This document shows positions 1 through 12,651 of a stretch of DNA of 64,000 bases, one piece after another; positions within the stretch are counted from its first letter, which is position 1; the number at the start of each line of letters is the position of its first letter. The notes beneath the pieces were generated by a model that saw only the letters and a program-made list of their open reading frames with translations, had not been told where the DNA came from and made no database searches. This DNA is from Octopus sinensis (taxonomy: Eukaryota). Where the stretch lies: positions 171,988,001 through 172,052,000 of the forward strand of contig NC_042997.1 of NCBI RefSeq assembly GCF_006345805.1, written 5' to 3'. The translations under genes were made by a program, and so were the position numbers.

Positions 1-186
1 TGGCATGTAAAAGCACCCACTACACTCTCGGAGTGGTTGGCGTTAGGAAGGGCATCCAGCTGTAGAAACTCTGCCAGATCAAGACTGGAGCCTGGTGCAG
101 CCATCTGGTTCGCCAGCCCTCAGTCAAAACGTCCAACCCATGCTAGCATGGAAAGCGGACGTTAAACGATGATGATGATGATGATA
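1..186 (+). mobile_element. RTE LINE 3' tail / RTE-tail short retroposon ending in (GAT)n
   Basis: Same sequence as the 3' end of the RTE LINE at 58041-58210 (aaagcacccactacactctcggagtggttggcgttaggaagggcatccagctgtagaaac...catggaaagcggacgttaaacgatgatg). Confidence 0.85.
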
Positions 187-362
187 ATGATTGAAGAAAG
201 GGATATCTTTATGCTGTTTGTTGAATTATGTAGATTTTTCTTTAAGTGGACAAGTTTCAATAAGTTTTAATTTGGAATTCTAAATTAGGTATTTTTTTTT
301 TTTAAATTGTTATTCATTTATTATGCAAAATATGCTGATATTTGATTTAATTATTTATTTTC

Positions 363-1660
363 TATGAGGTAAATTATTCAATATTTTTCAGCATCTGGAG
401 GTTAAATTGCAGAAAGGAAAGCGAAACAGCCAGAGGTTAGATAAAGGAAATTATCCAATAAATTCTCATAGTCAGAAGTTGAACATGAGAATTGATTTAA
501 TTTCTTCCAATGACCGAAGGAGAAATTTGACAACACATTTTAACAGCCAGAGGTTAAATAATAGAAAATTGGGTTACTCACGGCTAAAGCACATAAGTGA
601 ATCTCACCAACAAGTTCACAGATCGATTCAACCTTTCCCTCATGGAAATTTCCTCAGAGTTAATCTCCTCCAGTATTCTGTGTGTTAGCTTTCATTTGTC
701 TCAATTGGAATTTTTATTCAACAAGGGAATTATTTGCAGCACCAGTGAATATTTCATTTGCTTTTTCCTATATGAGAGACATCAAATTCTCAAGGTGGTG
801 CTCCAGCATGGTCACAGTCCAATAACTGAAACAAGTAAATGGTATAACGTTTTTATTTTATACCATTTACTTGCTTCAGTTATTGGATTAGATTGAACCA
901 TTCCACCATGCAATCATTGAAAATATCAAGGTTCAAAAGAGTATTAGTCTTTGCATACTTGTTGTTTCATCACCATGTGATTTGCAGTGCTTCCTTTCAT
1001 AAGAAGTCTTTGGTTTTGTAATCATGAAATAATATAACGCCTTTGGTTCAAAGAGAGAGAAAGAGAGAGAGAGAGAGTCGGTCTTCAAGAATTGTTGTGA
1101 AGTGACTGTAGCAATTCAGATTCTCCTTGGCTGGGCTTGTCAGAAAATACCTTGAGGCTAATTCTTCAGAGAAAATGTTTGAGTTCTTGGCAGCTGAAAG
1201 TTAAATAATAGAATTGTGTTGTTTCTGCAATTTTGGTGGAAAGGTTGAAATCTGTTCGTAGACATTCAAAAGAATGATTTTATTTTCAAAAATAAATATA
1301 TAGATAAATAAATAAATAGATAAATAAATAAATAAAAATAAATCAGTTTGAAGGATAACCAGACTACTGTTGATAACTGCAACAGAATATTTTTTGGCTA
1401 TTTTACTCCCAGCAAAGAGATAAATCTGAATAATTTTCCTTATTACTCTATAAATAAGTTTCTATTGAATATTATCTTTAAAACTGAATATTATTCATTT
1501 TATATCAAAAAATGAAATTCCATAGATATCACTGGCCAGGGACACAGAAATCAACTTGCAGTGAGATTCAGCAACTTATTTGGTAAGAGATTTAGCCAGG
1601 AGAAATTTTCTGTTATTTTAATCTCCAGCCATAGAAAAATATTGAATAATTAACCTCACA
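363..1660. mobile_element. Old non-autonomous DNA-transposon-like element with ~45-bp imperfect terminal inverted repeats
   Basis: The left end tatgaggtaaattattcaatatttttcagcatctggagg is the approximate reverse complement of ctccagccatagaaaaatattgaataattaacctcaca at ~1623-1660. The internal motif cagccagaggttaaataatagaa recurs at ~428, ~544 and ~1190. Confidence 0.4.
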
Positions 1661-1956
1661 AATATCAAAAAAAAATACATGAAGATAGAAAAATATTTTT
1701 GTACTTTACCTTGAAAAATGTTAAAATATGTTTTTTTAAAAGGGATATTTTTGTATTTTACATTATAGTTACAGTACTGGCTTGAAGTTTAGAAGCTCAC
1801 TTTGCAACCGTTTGATTTTTCCTGGATTGAATCCTTTGTGCAGCATTTTGGTCAAGTGACTTAGTGTCTTCTGCTATAGCTTCAGGTTGACTAATTCCTT
1901 GTTAGTGAAATTCAGTAGATAGAAACTGAGCAGAAGCCAACATGCCATATATATAT

Positions 1957-2005
<49 letters not shown>

Positions 2006-2008
<3 letters not shown>

Positions 2009-2421
2009 TCTTTTACTCTTTACACTTTTACTTGTTTCAGTCATTTGACTGTGGCCATGCCGGAGCACCACTTTTAGTCGAGCAAATCGACCCCAGGACT
2101 TATTCTTTGGAATCCTAGTACTTATTCTATTGGTCACTTTTGTCAAACCACTAAGTTACAGGGATGTAAATACACCACCATCAGTTGTCAAGCGATGCTG
2201 GGGGACAAACACAGACACACAAACATATACACACACATACATATATATACATATATACGATGGGCTTCTTTCAATTTCCATCTACCAAATCCACTCACAA
2301 GGATTTGGTTGACCCGAGGCTTTCGTAGAAAACACATGCCCAAGGTGCCATGCAGTGGGAATGAACCCGGAACCATGTGGTTGGTAAGCAAGCTACTTAC
2401 CACACAGCCACTCTTGTGCCT
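2006..2421 (-). mobile_element. tRNA-derived SINE, family A (full length)
   Basis: Reverse complement of the head ggcgtaggagtggctgtgtggtaagtagcttgcttac...gggttcagtccc, with a central (TA)/(TG) tract and the tail tgactgaaacaagtaaaagagtaaaag. Many copies in the window. Confidence 0.85.
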
Positions 2422-2429
2422 ATACATAT

Positions 2430-2960
2430 AGTGAAAATCTACAAACAAAAGACGAAGACAGGTATGTAAACAACAAACAGATGTATTAGTTTAACACTAG
2501 AAGGTGGGTAGGAGTGAAGAGAGGAAGTAGGTGTCAGAGCAACAGAGGAGAGGTGGGTGGGAGGAAGTAGGTTTGAGAGGAAGAGAGAGGAGGGTTAGAT
2601 GAAGAGGGGAGGAGAGTTTAACCCATATGGTTCAAAGGAGCGAAGAGAGAAGATTAATCCCTGTTCATGGCAAAGATGAGAGTCTGAATGGCCTCCTGTG
2701 TGAGGACAATCCAAACATAGACAAGTTTTGTAAAGAATGACCGGTAGAGTGGAAATGGCATGAGACCAGGTTCTCGTTGCTGAGTCTGATATCTCAGAGG
2801 TGTTTCACAAACCGGTTAGCCAAGTGGCGCCCCATTTGACCGATGTACAGAGAAGGACAGAGATAGCAGGAGAAACAGTAGATGATGTTGCTAGAAGTGC
2901 AGGTCAGTGATATGATAGGGTCGATGATGGGTGCCTATGAGGAGGGTGATATTTGAGAGG
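2430..2960 (-). pseudogene. Penelope-like retroelement GIY-YIG endonuclease remnant (Neptune-like) plus pLTR fragment
   Basis: Manual minus-strand translation with frameshifts: TCTSSNIIYCFSCYLCPSLYIGQMG / RHLANRFVKHL*DIRLSNENLVSCHFHSTGHSL / EQGLIFSLRSFEPYGLN. Bases 2430-2490 match the repeat at 37690-37760. Confidence 0.75.
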
Positions 2961-3224
2961 TAAGAGCAAGTGCGGCAGTGTGGGCAGGAGCAGGAGAACA
3001 AGCTGGGTTGGGAGGTTGGTTTAGGGAAGAAGCTGTGGGCCAAGATGTCTCATCGGTTGTGGGCTTGTTTGAAAAAGGGGAGGGGTCGGTTAGGGAAGAT
3101 GTGTGAAGTGGAGGGGTAGGACTGGAGTCACTAGAAGGTTCAGAGAATGGTGCATTGGAGATGTAGGGTGGTGTGGTGGTAGGTGAGGGGAAACAGGAAA
3201 CGGATAATGGCGGGGCAGGTGCAT

Positions 3225-3740
3225 GGGAGAGAGCAGATGCATGGTCCAGGGAATGTGCTCTGGTTTGGTCATGTGATGCAAATGGATGCTGATACCACCA
3301 TAAAGAAGTGCCAATCTCTCAAAGTGGACAGAACTCATGAAAGACAGAGACCTAAGAAAATATGGGACAAAGTACTGAAAGTCGAACTTAGGATGCTGAA
3401 TTTTTCAGACATGATGACAAAGATCTGAGATACCTAGCACCTTGCCTACTCAAGAAGACCTGACCTCCACAGTAGGAGTGATAAGGCTTGCAAGAGACCT
3501 GTGTCAGTGCTATGTAAAAGGTATTTGTACCAGCACCACATAAAAGCACTCATGCTGGTACCACGTTAAAAGCACCCAGCACACACTGTAAAGTGGTTGG
3601 GGTTAGGAAGAGCATCCAGTCATAGAAACCAACCCAAATCAAACTGGAACCTGGTGCAGCTCTCCAGCTTGTCGGCACTGGTGTAACTGTCCAACCCATG
3701 CCAGCATGGAAAATGGACATTAAATGATGATGATGATGAC
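3225..3740 (+). mobile_element. 5'-truncated RTE LINE (C-terminal coding remnant, 3'UTR and GAT tail)
   Basis: ORF 3183-3428 contains LWFGHVMQMDADTTIKKCQSLKVDRTHERQRPKKIWDKVLKVELRML, homologous to ORF 60106-60732. The shared 3' tail follows. Confidence 0.8.
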
Positions 3741-3922
3741 GATGACGACGATGACGACGATGATGACGATGATGATGATGATGGTGATGATGATGGTGAT
3801 GGTGATGGTGATGATGATGATAATGATGATGGTGATGGTGATGATGATGATGATAATGATGATGATGATGATGATGATGATGGTGATGGTGATGGTGATG
3901 GTGATGGTGATGATGGTGATGA
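3724..3922. repeat. (GAT/GAC/GGT)n microsatellite grown from an RTE tail
   Basis: Direct reading. Confidence 0.95.
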
Positions 3923-3959
3923 TATGTACATACATCCATACAAATGAAACATAATGTCA

Positions 3960-4430
3960 TAGCTCAAGCATTACACAATGTAATCTGCAGTAAGAACGGT
4001 CAAGAAGATAAAAGTACAGACAGTTACAATGATACAGAAGGTATAGTCATAATGTAAAAGAATACTGGTGGAATATTCCAGAGAAAGCCAAGGTAAATTG
4101 TACGCCTAACAGACCAGACATAAATGGTCTGGAACGGAGTAATGGATGTTTGCTCAGGAGTGGTGATCAGTTGCCCAGGAGATAACATTGTACTAAAGGA
4201 AAGTGAGAAAGGAAATGGCTACGCTGATCTAATGAGATATCTGTAGATTTTCCAACGAGATTATAAGTCTAGAATTATACATGTAATTGTCATGGTGTTT
4301 GTATAGTTTAAAGATGTATAACTAACTGCCTTAGCACTAATCTTGAGAAGCTGGGCATCACAAAATAAGAATGGACACAACTAATTAGGAAATTACAATT
4401 ACAAACCAATAAATAGGACAGTGTAAATAT
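3960..4430 (+). pseudogene. Degraded restriction-like-endonuclease (R4/NeSL-type) retroposon remnant
   Basis: Translation at ~4065-4125 gives WWNIPEKAKVNCTPNRPDI, matching the W..P......NRPDI motif of ORF 26933-27658. Many stops follow. Confidence 0.5.
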
Positions 4431-4652
4431 GTAATGAACACCATACATTTAGTATTATAATATGTGCATATATATATATATATCATCATCATCATCATCA
4501 CATCATCATCATAATCATCATCATCATAATCATCATCATCATCATCGTTTAACGTCCGCTTTCCATGCTAGCATGGGTTGGACGAGCATGGAAATATATA
4601 TATATTTATATATATATATGTGTGTGTGTGTGTATATATATATATAAATATG

Positions 4653-4717
<65 letters not shown>

Positions 4718-5008
4718 AATAGACATACAAGCATATGTATATGTATGTACACATATGTAAGTCAAAACATACAGATTTATTCAAGGCACTGACATAGATC
4801 TACGCTTGTACACACATGTACATGGGCATTGAGCATACAGATACATGCATGCAAATATGCACATGCATTCATGGATAATGCATAACAAGGCAGGCGCAAA
4901 AATTCTTCAAGACTATATAACGAATTACAAATATTTTTATTCTCTTGACTCTATGAAGCTTATATAAAAGCTAACATGAAAGAATTTTCTTTACATTTCT
5001 GACAACAG

Positions 5009-5700
5009 AAGTATAGGAATAGCTCGCACTCTCTCTCCGCTTCGTTCCTCCGCCCTAACCGCCAACCATCTTACCATTGCATTTAATCAAATATTGCATC
5101 ATATCATTGATATGACCCATGAAGGTATTTATTATTCCATGCCTAAAGATAAGGATATATATTCTTTGAAATCTGTTCACTAGATTATAACAATTCATAT
5201 GAACCTGATGCTATTTCTTGCTGCATCTAGTCTATATTGATCCATTGTACATTTTGACCAATGCAGCTCTCTCTTTCCTTCTCTTTTTCTTTCTTCCTTC
5301 CTTCCTTCCTTCCTTCCTTCCTCCTTCCTTCCTTCCTTTCTTTCTTTTTCTTTCTTCTTTCATTCCTTCCTTCCTTTCTCTCTTTTTTCCTTCCTTTCCC
5401 CCCTTCCTTTCTTTGCATTGAGCTAGCTTCCTCACCATCTCTTCAGTACAATTAGTGATAATGCATTTATTTTCGCAGATTGTGCCTCCGTCCCGACTCT
5501 CACTACCCTTACATCTCCCACCCCATCAGTCACCATAACCAAACATAAACCAACACAAGCCATTAAGAGAGTCTCTAACTGGTCACTCAACTTACTAGTA
5601 ATAGCAGCTAAATCTCCCTCAAATGACTCTGTATTATCTATTTTTAAAAGGGACACACTAGGTGATGTAGTCCAGGGTACACCATACCTAGAATAATGTA
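5009..5700 (+). pseudogene. Very old LINE reverse-transcriptase remnant split by a (CTTC)n tract
   Basis: LTIAFNQILHHIIDMTHEGI resembles L.KAFD.V.H..L..L...GI. FIFADC...AIKRVSNWSLNLLVIAAKS resembles YADD...L..I..W...N.L.FNA.K. Similarity judged by eye only. Confidence 0.35.
5270..5412. repeat. (CTTC/CTTT)n polypyrimidine microsatellite
   Basis: Direct reading. Confidence 0.95.
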
Positions 5701-5897
5701 AAGATAAGATAATCATGGTTCAGTGTTTCTGAGCATAAATCTGTTCAACCCTAGTCAACTTAGGGTTAAGCAACAACAACAACAATTTAAACAATGACCA
5801 AAATATTAGGTGCCTCAATTTTCATCCTGTTTGTTTGTTTACTCCATTTCTTCTAATATTTCTGAAACTACTGAAGTTGAAAAGCTTAATTTTTATT

Positions 5898-5901
<4 letters not shown>

Positions 5902-5930
<29 letters not shown>

Positions 5931-6160
5931 GTTTAACGTCTGCTTTCCATGCTCGCATGGGTTGGATGATTTGATTGAGATCTGGCGATCCAGATGGCTG
6001 CACCAGACTCCAATCTTATCTGGCAGAATTTCTACAGCTGGATGCCCTTCCTAACGCCAACCACTCTGAGAGTAACTTTTACATGCTTTTACATGCCATC
6101 AGCATGACGGCCAGTCAAGCGGTACTGGCAATGGCCAAGCTCAAATGATGCTTTTTTTGT
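5902..6160 (-). mobile_element. RTE 3'-tail retroposon
   Basis: (CAT)n followed by cgtttaacgtctgctttccatgctcgcatggg...ggatgcccttcctaacgccaaccactc. Confidence 0.8.
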
Positions 6161-6409
6161 AAGTGATTATTAAATGTAATGTTTTAACACGTAAATTTTT
6201 TATAACATGCATATTTTTTTAAAAGTATTTTGCTCACCAAATTATACTTTATACATTTATTTGCATATTTGAATGGCATTAGGAAGAGCATCCAGCTGTA
6301 GAAACCATGCCAAAGCAGGCACTGGAGTACAATGCAATTCTCAGATTTGTCAGATCCTGTCACACCATTTAACCCATGCCAGTACAGAAGATATGCATTG
6401 ACACTTTTG

Positions 6410-6622
6410 CATTCAAACTTCTCTGTTAAATGTAATGCTTATTTATTCACATTGTTTTGAATTAATCATGCATTATCTTGTAGCTTTGACATTTTGATGA
6501 TGTGATTGTTTATTCTTAAAACGACATTGTAGAGTAGATGTGAGAGGCCTGATATAGCCAGTGTGAACGTAAAACACAGAAATTTGGGCTTGATATGGCC
6601 AGTTTAGATGATAAAGGGTTAA
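6410..6622. mobile_element. Short MITE-like repeat with piggyBac-like ...AAAGGG-TTAA end
   Basis: Shares aatgtaatgcttatttattcacattgttttgaattaatcatgcattatc with 39870-39980 (+) and 28290-28480 (-). Ends gataaagggttaa. Confidence 0.55.
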
Positions 6623-6860
6623 GAAATGGTGGTGGTGATGATGATGATGACGAATTTGATGAGGATGTGGATGAGGATGGTGATGACGATGATGATGATG
6701 AGGACATTGATGATGATGAGGATGATGATGATGGTGACGACGACGACAGTGAAGACAACAACAGTGATGATGATGATAGTGGTGATGGTGGTGGTAGGGT
6801 TGATGATGATGAGGAGGAGGGGAGGAGAGAGGGAGAAGAGCAACATCAACAACGGTGATA
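6620..6860. repeat. (GAT/GGT/GAG)n microsatellite
   Basis: Direct reading. Confidence 0.9.
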
Positions 6861-7099
6861 ATTAGGTATGCAACCCAGCTCTATTCAACATGATGTGTTG
6901 ACGACAAAACTAGGGATTACGAAGTTTCGGTTAGGGAAAAATACTCAAAGACTCTGACTACCTGAAAACTTAATGGTAAAAAGTCGGAGCTAACATATTT
7001 AATTTTATAAACCAAGAAATTTTCAGTTAATTTAAACAAATATTTCTGTGCCTACTACAGTGTTTCCCTTGTGTAACCCTGAAAATAAACTACATATCT

Positions 7100-7490
7100 C
7101 AAGGAACCCCTGCACAAAATAGAATATGAATTGAAAGAAACTTAGCTGTTATTTCTTGCAGGTTGAATGGCCACATAAAGGCTTCTTCATTGGTTCGCCA
7201 TACATTCAAATATTGGTTGTATATGTAGAGAAATATTTGCTTTGTTTGTTTAACTGTTTTTGTTAATAATGAGTCAAACATATCTGATGGCCATATGAAA
7301 TGATAATGAGTGTACACCAAACATGGCTGTTGTTTGCTAGATTATAATTTTTCAGACTATTAATCTTGTCTTTAGAGATGAAAGAGTTCTCAATATTTAC
7401 ACTGTTCCATCAGATTGATCTCTGATTGTTGTCAGATATGTTATTCCTGTGAGAATGGATTCACAGTGACAGTTTAACATCCAAACTTAC
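7100..7490 (-). pseudogene. Very old LINE RT C-terminal remnant
   Basis: QPCLVYTHYHFIW...LL..V resembles RPCLEYCSHIW...LLD.V of CR1/L2-group elements. Stops lie upstream. Confidence 0.3.
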
Positions 7491-8339
7491 TGCAGGGTCA
7501 GAATATTCATAATTTCAAATGTTTTTAGAAATAGTAATAAATATAGCAAATAGCTATCTGCAGTAGAAGCGGTATTAGATTAAAATAGATATCTGCGTAT
7601 CATATTTGATGCAAATACATCATAGAAAGACAGATTTATTGTTATATTTGTCCAGAGATAATAAAGGGTAATTCTACAGTAAATTTGCCTTTCAGCGAAA
7701 TATTTACTTTAAGTATGATACAGAAGTGGCTATTGTAATCTAATACTGTTTCTGTTGCTCATAATGGATACTCACACACACATGTGCATGCACACATATG
7801 TGCATGCACACACATGCACACACACGCACAGACACACACACACAGACACACACACACACGCATGAGCACACACACATGTATTTGTATGTGTGTGTATGTG
7901 TGTGTGTGTGTGTGTGTGTGTATTTCATAATAGTACTCAGATGTTAAAACACTAAAATAAAACATGTGCTAATATTTTAAAAGAGGAGACAAAACTACTT
8001 AATAAATGCCAATATTTAATATTAGAAAATAATACTGACAAAAAAAGATACTTAATTTTATAATTACACTGTTCAACAAATTTTAGGGTCAAGAAAAAGC
8101 ATAATTCTTATGTACATTTTATTATGAAGTTGATTGTGCTAAATTTAAATTTTATAACAAAAATTTCCCATCACATCACATTTTCTTGTAAATTACCGAC
8201 CTAGTAACTAGGCAATTTATACCAATTTCCACGATGCCATAAATTTATTTTCTCCCAAAGTCAGATTAAATATGTCCATTGTAATTAACTCATAAATATA
8301 TAATGAACCGGCATGTTTTTTAGCATTATATAATGTATA

Positions 8340-8812
8340 GGCGTAGGAGTGGCTGTGTGGTAAGTAGCTTGCTTATGAATCACATGGCTCTGGGTTCAGT
8401 CCCACTGCATGGCACCTTGGGCAAGTGTCTTCTACTATAGCCTTGGGTCGACCAAAGCCTTGTGAGTGGATTTGGTAGACGGAAACTGAAAGAAGCCCGT
8501 CGTATATATGTATATATATGTTTGTATGTCTGTGTGTGTATACGCTTGTGTGTCTGTGTTTGTTCCCCTCATATATATATGTATGTGTGTGTGCATATAT
8601 TTATGTGTGTGCATATGTTTGTCCTCCCAACATCATTTGACAACCGATGCTGGTGTGTTTATGTCCCTGTAACTTAGCAGTTTGGCAAAAGAGACCGATA
8701 GAATAAGTACTAGGCTTACAAAGAATAAGTCCTGGGGTCGATTTGGTCGGCTACAGGCGGTGCTCCAGCATGGCCACAGTCAAATGACTGAAACAAGTAA
8801 AAGAGTAAAGAA
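8340..8812 (+). mobile_element. tRNA-derived SINE, family A (full length)
   Basis: A/B-box-like head (tggctgtgtggtaag...gggttcagtccc) and the family tail. Confidence 0.9.
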
Positions 8813-8834
8813 TACTAACTAACATTTTAGTATT

Positions 8835-9815
8835 TACTTCTTCATTTATAAGATGTCTAAGGTGTGTTATGCTTCAGGTTCCAGCAGAAATCAGCCAGCA
8901 TGGCTGGGCTCCATTATCCCTTATACCTGTTTTTCATTGATGCTATATCTTGATGAAACCCCTCCATGTTCATCACTCACATCTCCTGAATTCTCTGGGA
9001 AGAAGGACACATGAGAATAAAGAAAGTGTATCTTCAGTGACATATTGCATCTGAGATCCTGGTAGCACTTGATTAGGATTTCCACTATACTCTCTCGCCG
9101 AGCCACTTAGTGCTTTTCCCAGAAGTCCTTTGCATACATCTTTGAATGCATGCCAGGCTGCTAGTTCAGTTTCATCCATTGTAACCTCGAAGTCCTCATC
9201 AGCTATAAGTTGACTAATCTGAGGGCCTACAAATATGCCCTCTTTAATCTTGGCATCAATTATTTTAGGGAAGATTGCCTTGAGGTATGGAAACATGGTT
9301 TGTTATGTTGCAGTACTTTGGTAAATTGCTTCATTAGGCCTAGTTTTATATACAGTGGTGGCAAAATGACTTTCTCCTTCTTAACAAGTGGCTCGTGATT
9401 TACACTATGGCATCCAGGAGTCATAGTTTCCTGAGGTGGCCATCCTGAGTGTACATAATGTACTGATCTGGCCCTATTGTCCCACTTGCAAAGGAAGCAC
9501 ATAAACTTGGTGTATCCAGTTTGTAGCCCATTAAGTAGGGCTACTACTTTCAAGTCTACACAAATTAGCCACTCATGCTCCTTGTAACTTATGCAGTCTA
9601 GAATAAAAGTGAGGTTCTCATATGTCTCTCTTAAAATGACTGAGTGAGCAATTGGAACTGAAGGCATGGTGTTCCCAATGTGCCACAGAACCACTTTTAT
9701 GCTGTAAAGGGATGCATCTATGAATAACCTATACTCATTTGGTTCATAGGTCAGCTCAAAGGCATTGAACAGTTCTCTGATATTATTAGAATAAGTCAAA
9801 TTATTTTCCAAAGTG
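8835..9815 (-). pseudogene. DNA transposase remnant, CMC superfamily (Chapaev3-like)
   Basis: ORFs 9260-9832, 8973-9296 and 8921-9106 give DLKVVALLNGLQTGYTKFMCFLCKWD, LPPLYIKLGLMKQF, KIKEGIFVGPQI and MSLKIHFLYSHVSFFPENSGDVSDEHG. The CxxC and HxxxxH motifs are typical of CMC transposases. Frameshifted. Confidence 0.75.
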
Positions 9816-9827
9816 TATATATATATA

Positions 9828-10007
9828 TACATACAAAATTTAAAGAACTGAACACTAAAAGTGGACAGTCAACATGCTAGATATAGACGTTAAATTGCTA
9901 TTTTCCACAAAAGAACATATTCTTTTGTGGAAAATAGCGATTTGACGTCTATATGTAGCATGTTGACTGTCCACTTTTAGTGTTCAGTCCTTTAAATTTT
10001 GTATGTA
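9828..10007. repeat. Near-perfect 180-bp palindrome (88-bp arms, 4-nt loop)
   Basis: The arms are reverse complements with 4 differences; loop CATA at 9916-9919. Confidence 0.95.
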
Positions 10008-10517
10008 AAAATATTTTAATCTTCAGATTCTTTCTAATATGCTGGGCCACTGGTTTTAATTGACTAATATCAATTTCTACCTTTATTAAATTATATATAT
10101 ATATATACAATGGGCTTCTTTCAGTTTCAGTCTGCTAAATCCATTCACAAAGCTTTGCTCGACGTAAGGCCAAGATGCTACACAATGGGACTGAACCTGG
10201 GACTATGTGGTTGGGAAGCAAGCTTCTTACCACACAGCCATGGCACAAGACCAGCAATTTCGAAGAAGTTCAGTCAACTACATCAACCCCAGAGTGCAAT
10301 TGGTACTTATTTTATCAACTTCAAAAGGGATAAAATGCAAAGTCAACCTCAGCAGAATTTTAACTCAGAACATAAAAGTGGGCAAAATGCTGAATAGCCT
10401 TTTGTCCAGTATACTAATGATTCTGCCAGCTCACCACTTTATATGTATATGTATTGATTACTCATTTGTGTGTTAGCACGAGTGTGTGTGTGTGTGTGTA
10501 TGTGTAAGTAATTAGCC

Positions 10518-10720
10518 CTCGTGCTGGTGGCACATAAAAGCCCCCACTACACTCTCAGAGTGGTTGGCATTAGGAAGGGCACCCAGCTGTAGAAACTCTG
10601 ACAGATCAGATTGGAGTCTGGTGCAGCCTTCTTGTTCACCTGACTTCAGTCAAATCGTCTAACCCATACTAGCATGGAAAGCAGATGTTAAACGATGATG
10701 ATGATGATGATGATGATCAG
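10518..10720 (+). mobile_element. RTE 3'-tail retroposon
   Basis: gtgctggtggcacataaaagcccccactacactctc...gatgatgat. Confidence 0.8.
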
Positions 10721-11249
10721 TGTTTGTACAACTAAGTATCAGTTCCAAGTTCAATATTTCCTTACATCGACTGTTTTTTTCTATCCTTCAAAGATTGATA
10801 AAACAACAAACTAAACATATATTAGGAGATTGGTTCCCTTCACTACACCAGAGGTAAGAAACCTATAATCTTTTGAAAGAAGCATGTTAAAAGAAAGTCA
10901 TTAAACTGCAATATATTTTTGCTGATTTCATTTTAATTAAAAACCTAATATATTTTTGTTGATTTAATTTTAATTAAAAGCCTATCTTTTCAGCTACTAG
11001 CTAATTTTAGAAACACCCATTTATATTTCTTCATTATACATTTGTAATTTTTTAAATAATTATAATAGTGTTTAAAGCATAGAAAACTGAATATATTCTT
11101 CAAAAACTAAAACACATTACGGTGGGAGTGCTTATTTGAAACACTCTGCTTTTTTCGTGTTTACATTTCGTTAGCAATTTTATGAATAATTGCATTTTAT
11201 AAAATGATAGGTTTAGCAATTACTAAAAAACTTATTTTGAAAGTGGCCT

Positions 11250-11710
11250 TGTCATCATCATCAACAACATTGTTTAACGTCTGCTTTCCATGCTAGCATG
11301 GACGATTTGACTGAGGACTGGTGAACCAGATGGCTGCACCATGCTCCAATCTTGATCTGGAAGAGTTTCTACAACTGGATGCCCTTCCTAACGCCAACCA
11401 CTCAGAGAGTGTAGTGGGTGGTTTTACGTGCCACCAGCACGAGGGCGAGTCTGGCGGTACTGGCAGTAGCTACAAAAAAATCGCTTTTTTTTTATTTCAC
11501 GTGTCACCTGCACACTGGCACAAGTGCCAGTAAGGTGATGCTGGTAACGATCACACTCAAATGGTGCTTTTTACGTGCCACTGGCATGAATGCCAGTTAG
11601 CTGCACTGGCAACAATCCCACTTGAATGGTGCTGTTAGGACTCCACTAGGACAGATGCCAGTCATCGAATTTGATTTCGATTTCTCTTGCCTCAACAGGT
11701 CTAGCAATAA
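11250..11710 (-). mobile_element. RTE 3'UTR retroposon
   Basis: Same tail family, extending to atttgatttcgatttctcttgcctcaacagg as in the LINE 3'UTR. Confidence 0.8.
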
Positions 11711-11765
11711 ACTCAATGTGGCTTTCAAAAAGGTTACTTGCCCATGGAAATACCTTACTTATTCC

Positions 11766-11804
<39 letters not shown>

Positions 11805-12416
11805 ATAAGGTAAACTTACTTGGAAATGGATGCATAGCGTTCCACATTACTCCTCCTTTCCCCCAACCAAACACACCTACTGTGTCCCTTGAAATAGATA
11901 ATATTCTTTTACGCTACCATGGCAGACAGGTCAGTTTTAGCTTCACTACTATTATAATGTAAACCTTTTTGAACTCATAATATTCTGTATGTGTATACCA
12001 ATATTTACTGAACTTTTTAAATAATTCCTTCTGGAAATTATCTTGAGAATGTATAATATATTTGTTGTAATCTTTTGTGCCCATTATTTCAATGAGCTTG
12101 TTAAACTTTTTTATATTCTCAACATACTCTTGTCACCAAAGAATGTATATTTATATGGATTGTAGTACTCTGTGTCAACCAATATTCTGTGCAAGTTTGA
12201 ATATACAGATGCAATACCAATATCAATTCCTTCTGGAAACTATCTTAAGCATGTCCTTGAGAATGATTATTTATGTAGTAATCTTTTGTGCCCAATATTT
12301 TAAGGAACTTGTTAAACTTTTTTATGTCCTTAACATGTCCTTGTTACAAAAGACTGTATATATGTAATGTAGCAATTTGTAACAACCAATAATTAACGCA
12401 ACCAAACTTCTACATG

Positions 12417-12461
12417 TTACTTTTGACAATCTTTTTCCAAAGATTGAAACCGGTAAAGTAA
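12417..12461 (+). ncRNA. Hammerhead-like motif (type I, U3-A8 core, two extra U before GAAA)
   Basis: ttactt-TTGACAA-tcttt(ttcc)aaaga-tt-GAAA-CCGG-TA-aagtaa; 6-bp stem I and palindromic stem III ACCGGT. Confidence 0.45.
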
Positions 12462-12499
12462 ATAAACATCTTTTAAATTGCATTTTCAAACCTTCTTTC

Positions 12500-12534
<35 letters not shown>

Positions 12535-12651
12535 AGTGCAAACAAGGGAGACAGAGAAAGGCAGAATGCCACTTATATTTGAACACTATACAAATATTCC
12601 TTTAAAAAAACTTTTCTTCTAATTTTTCTAAATTTAATTATTTAATCGTTA

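Noticed and set aside
374-1193. Three small in-phase minus-strand exons (1151-1193, 608-677, 374-394)
   Set aside because: They lie inside a TIR-bounded repeat, their acceptors are copies of its internal motif, and no supported upstream gene exists.
5075-5687. Apparent phase-compatible exons on either strand (minus 5436-5687 and 5075-5142; plus 5009-5124 and 5479 onward)
   Set aside because: Both strands give equally good splice signals in mirror frames, and the plus frame resembles decayed LINE RT motifs. No protein family was recognised.
7100-7490. Possible minus-strand exons (ORF 7099-7320), with faint resemblance to CENP-O
   Set aside because: Weak donor, the key proline motif is missing, the order is inconsistent with other segments, and it fits better as a LINE RT C-terminal remnant.
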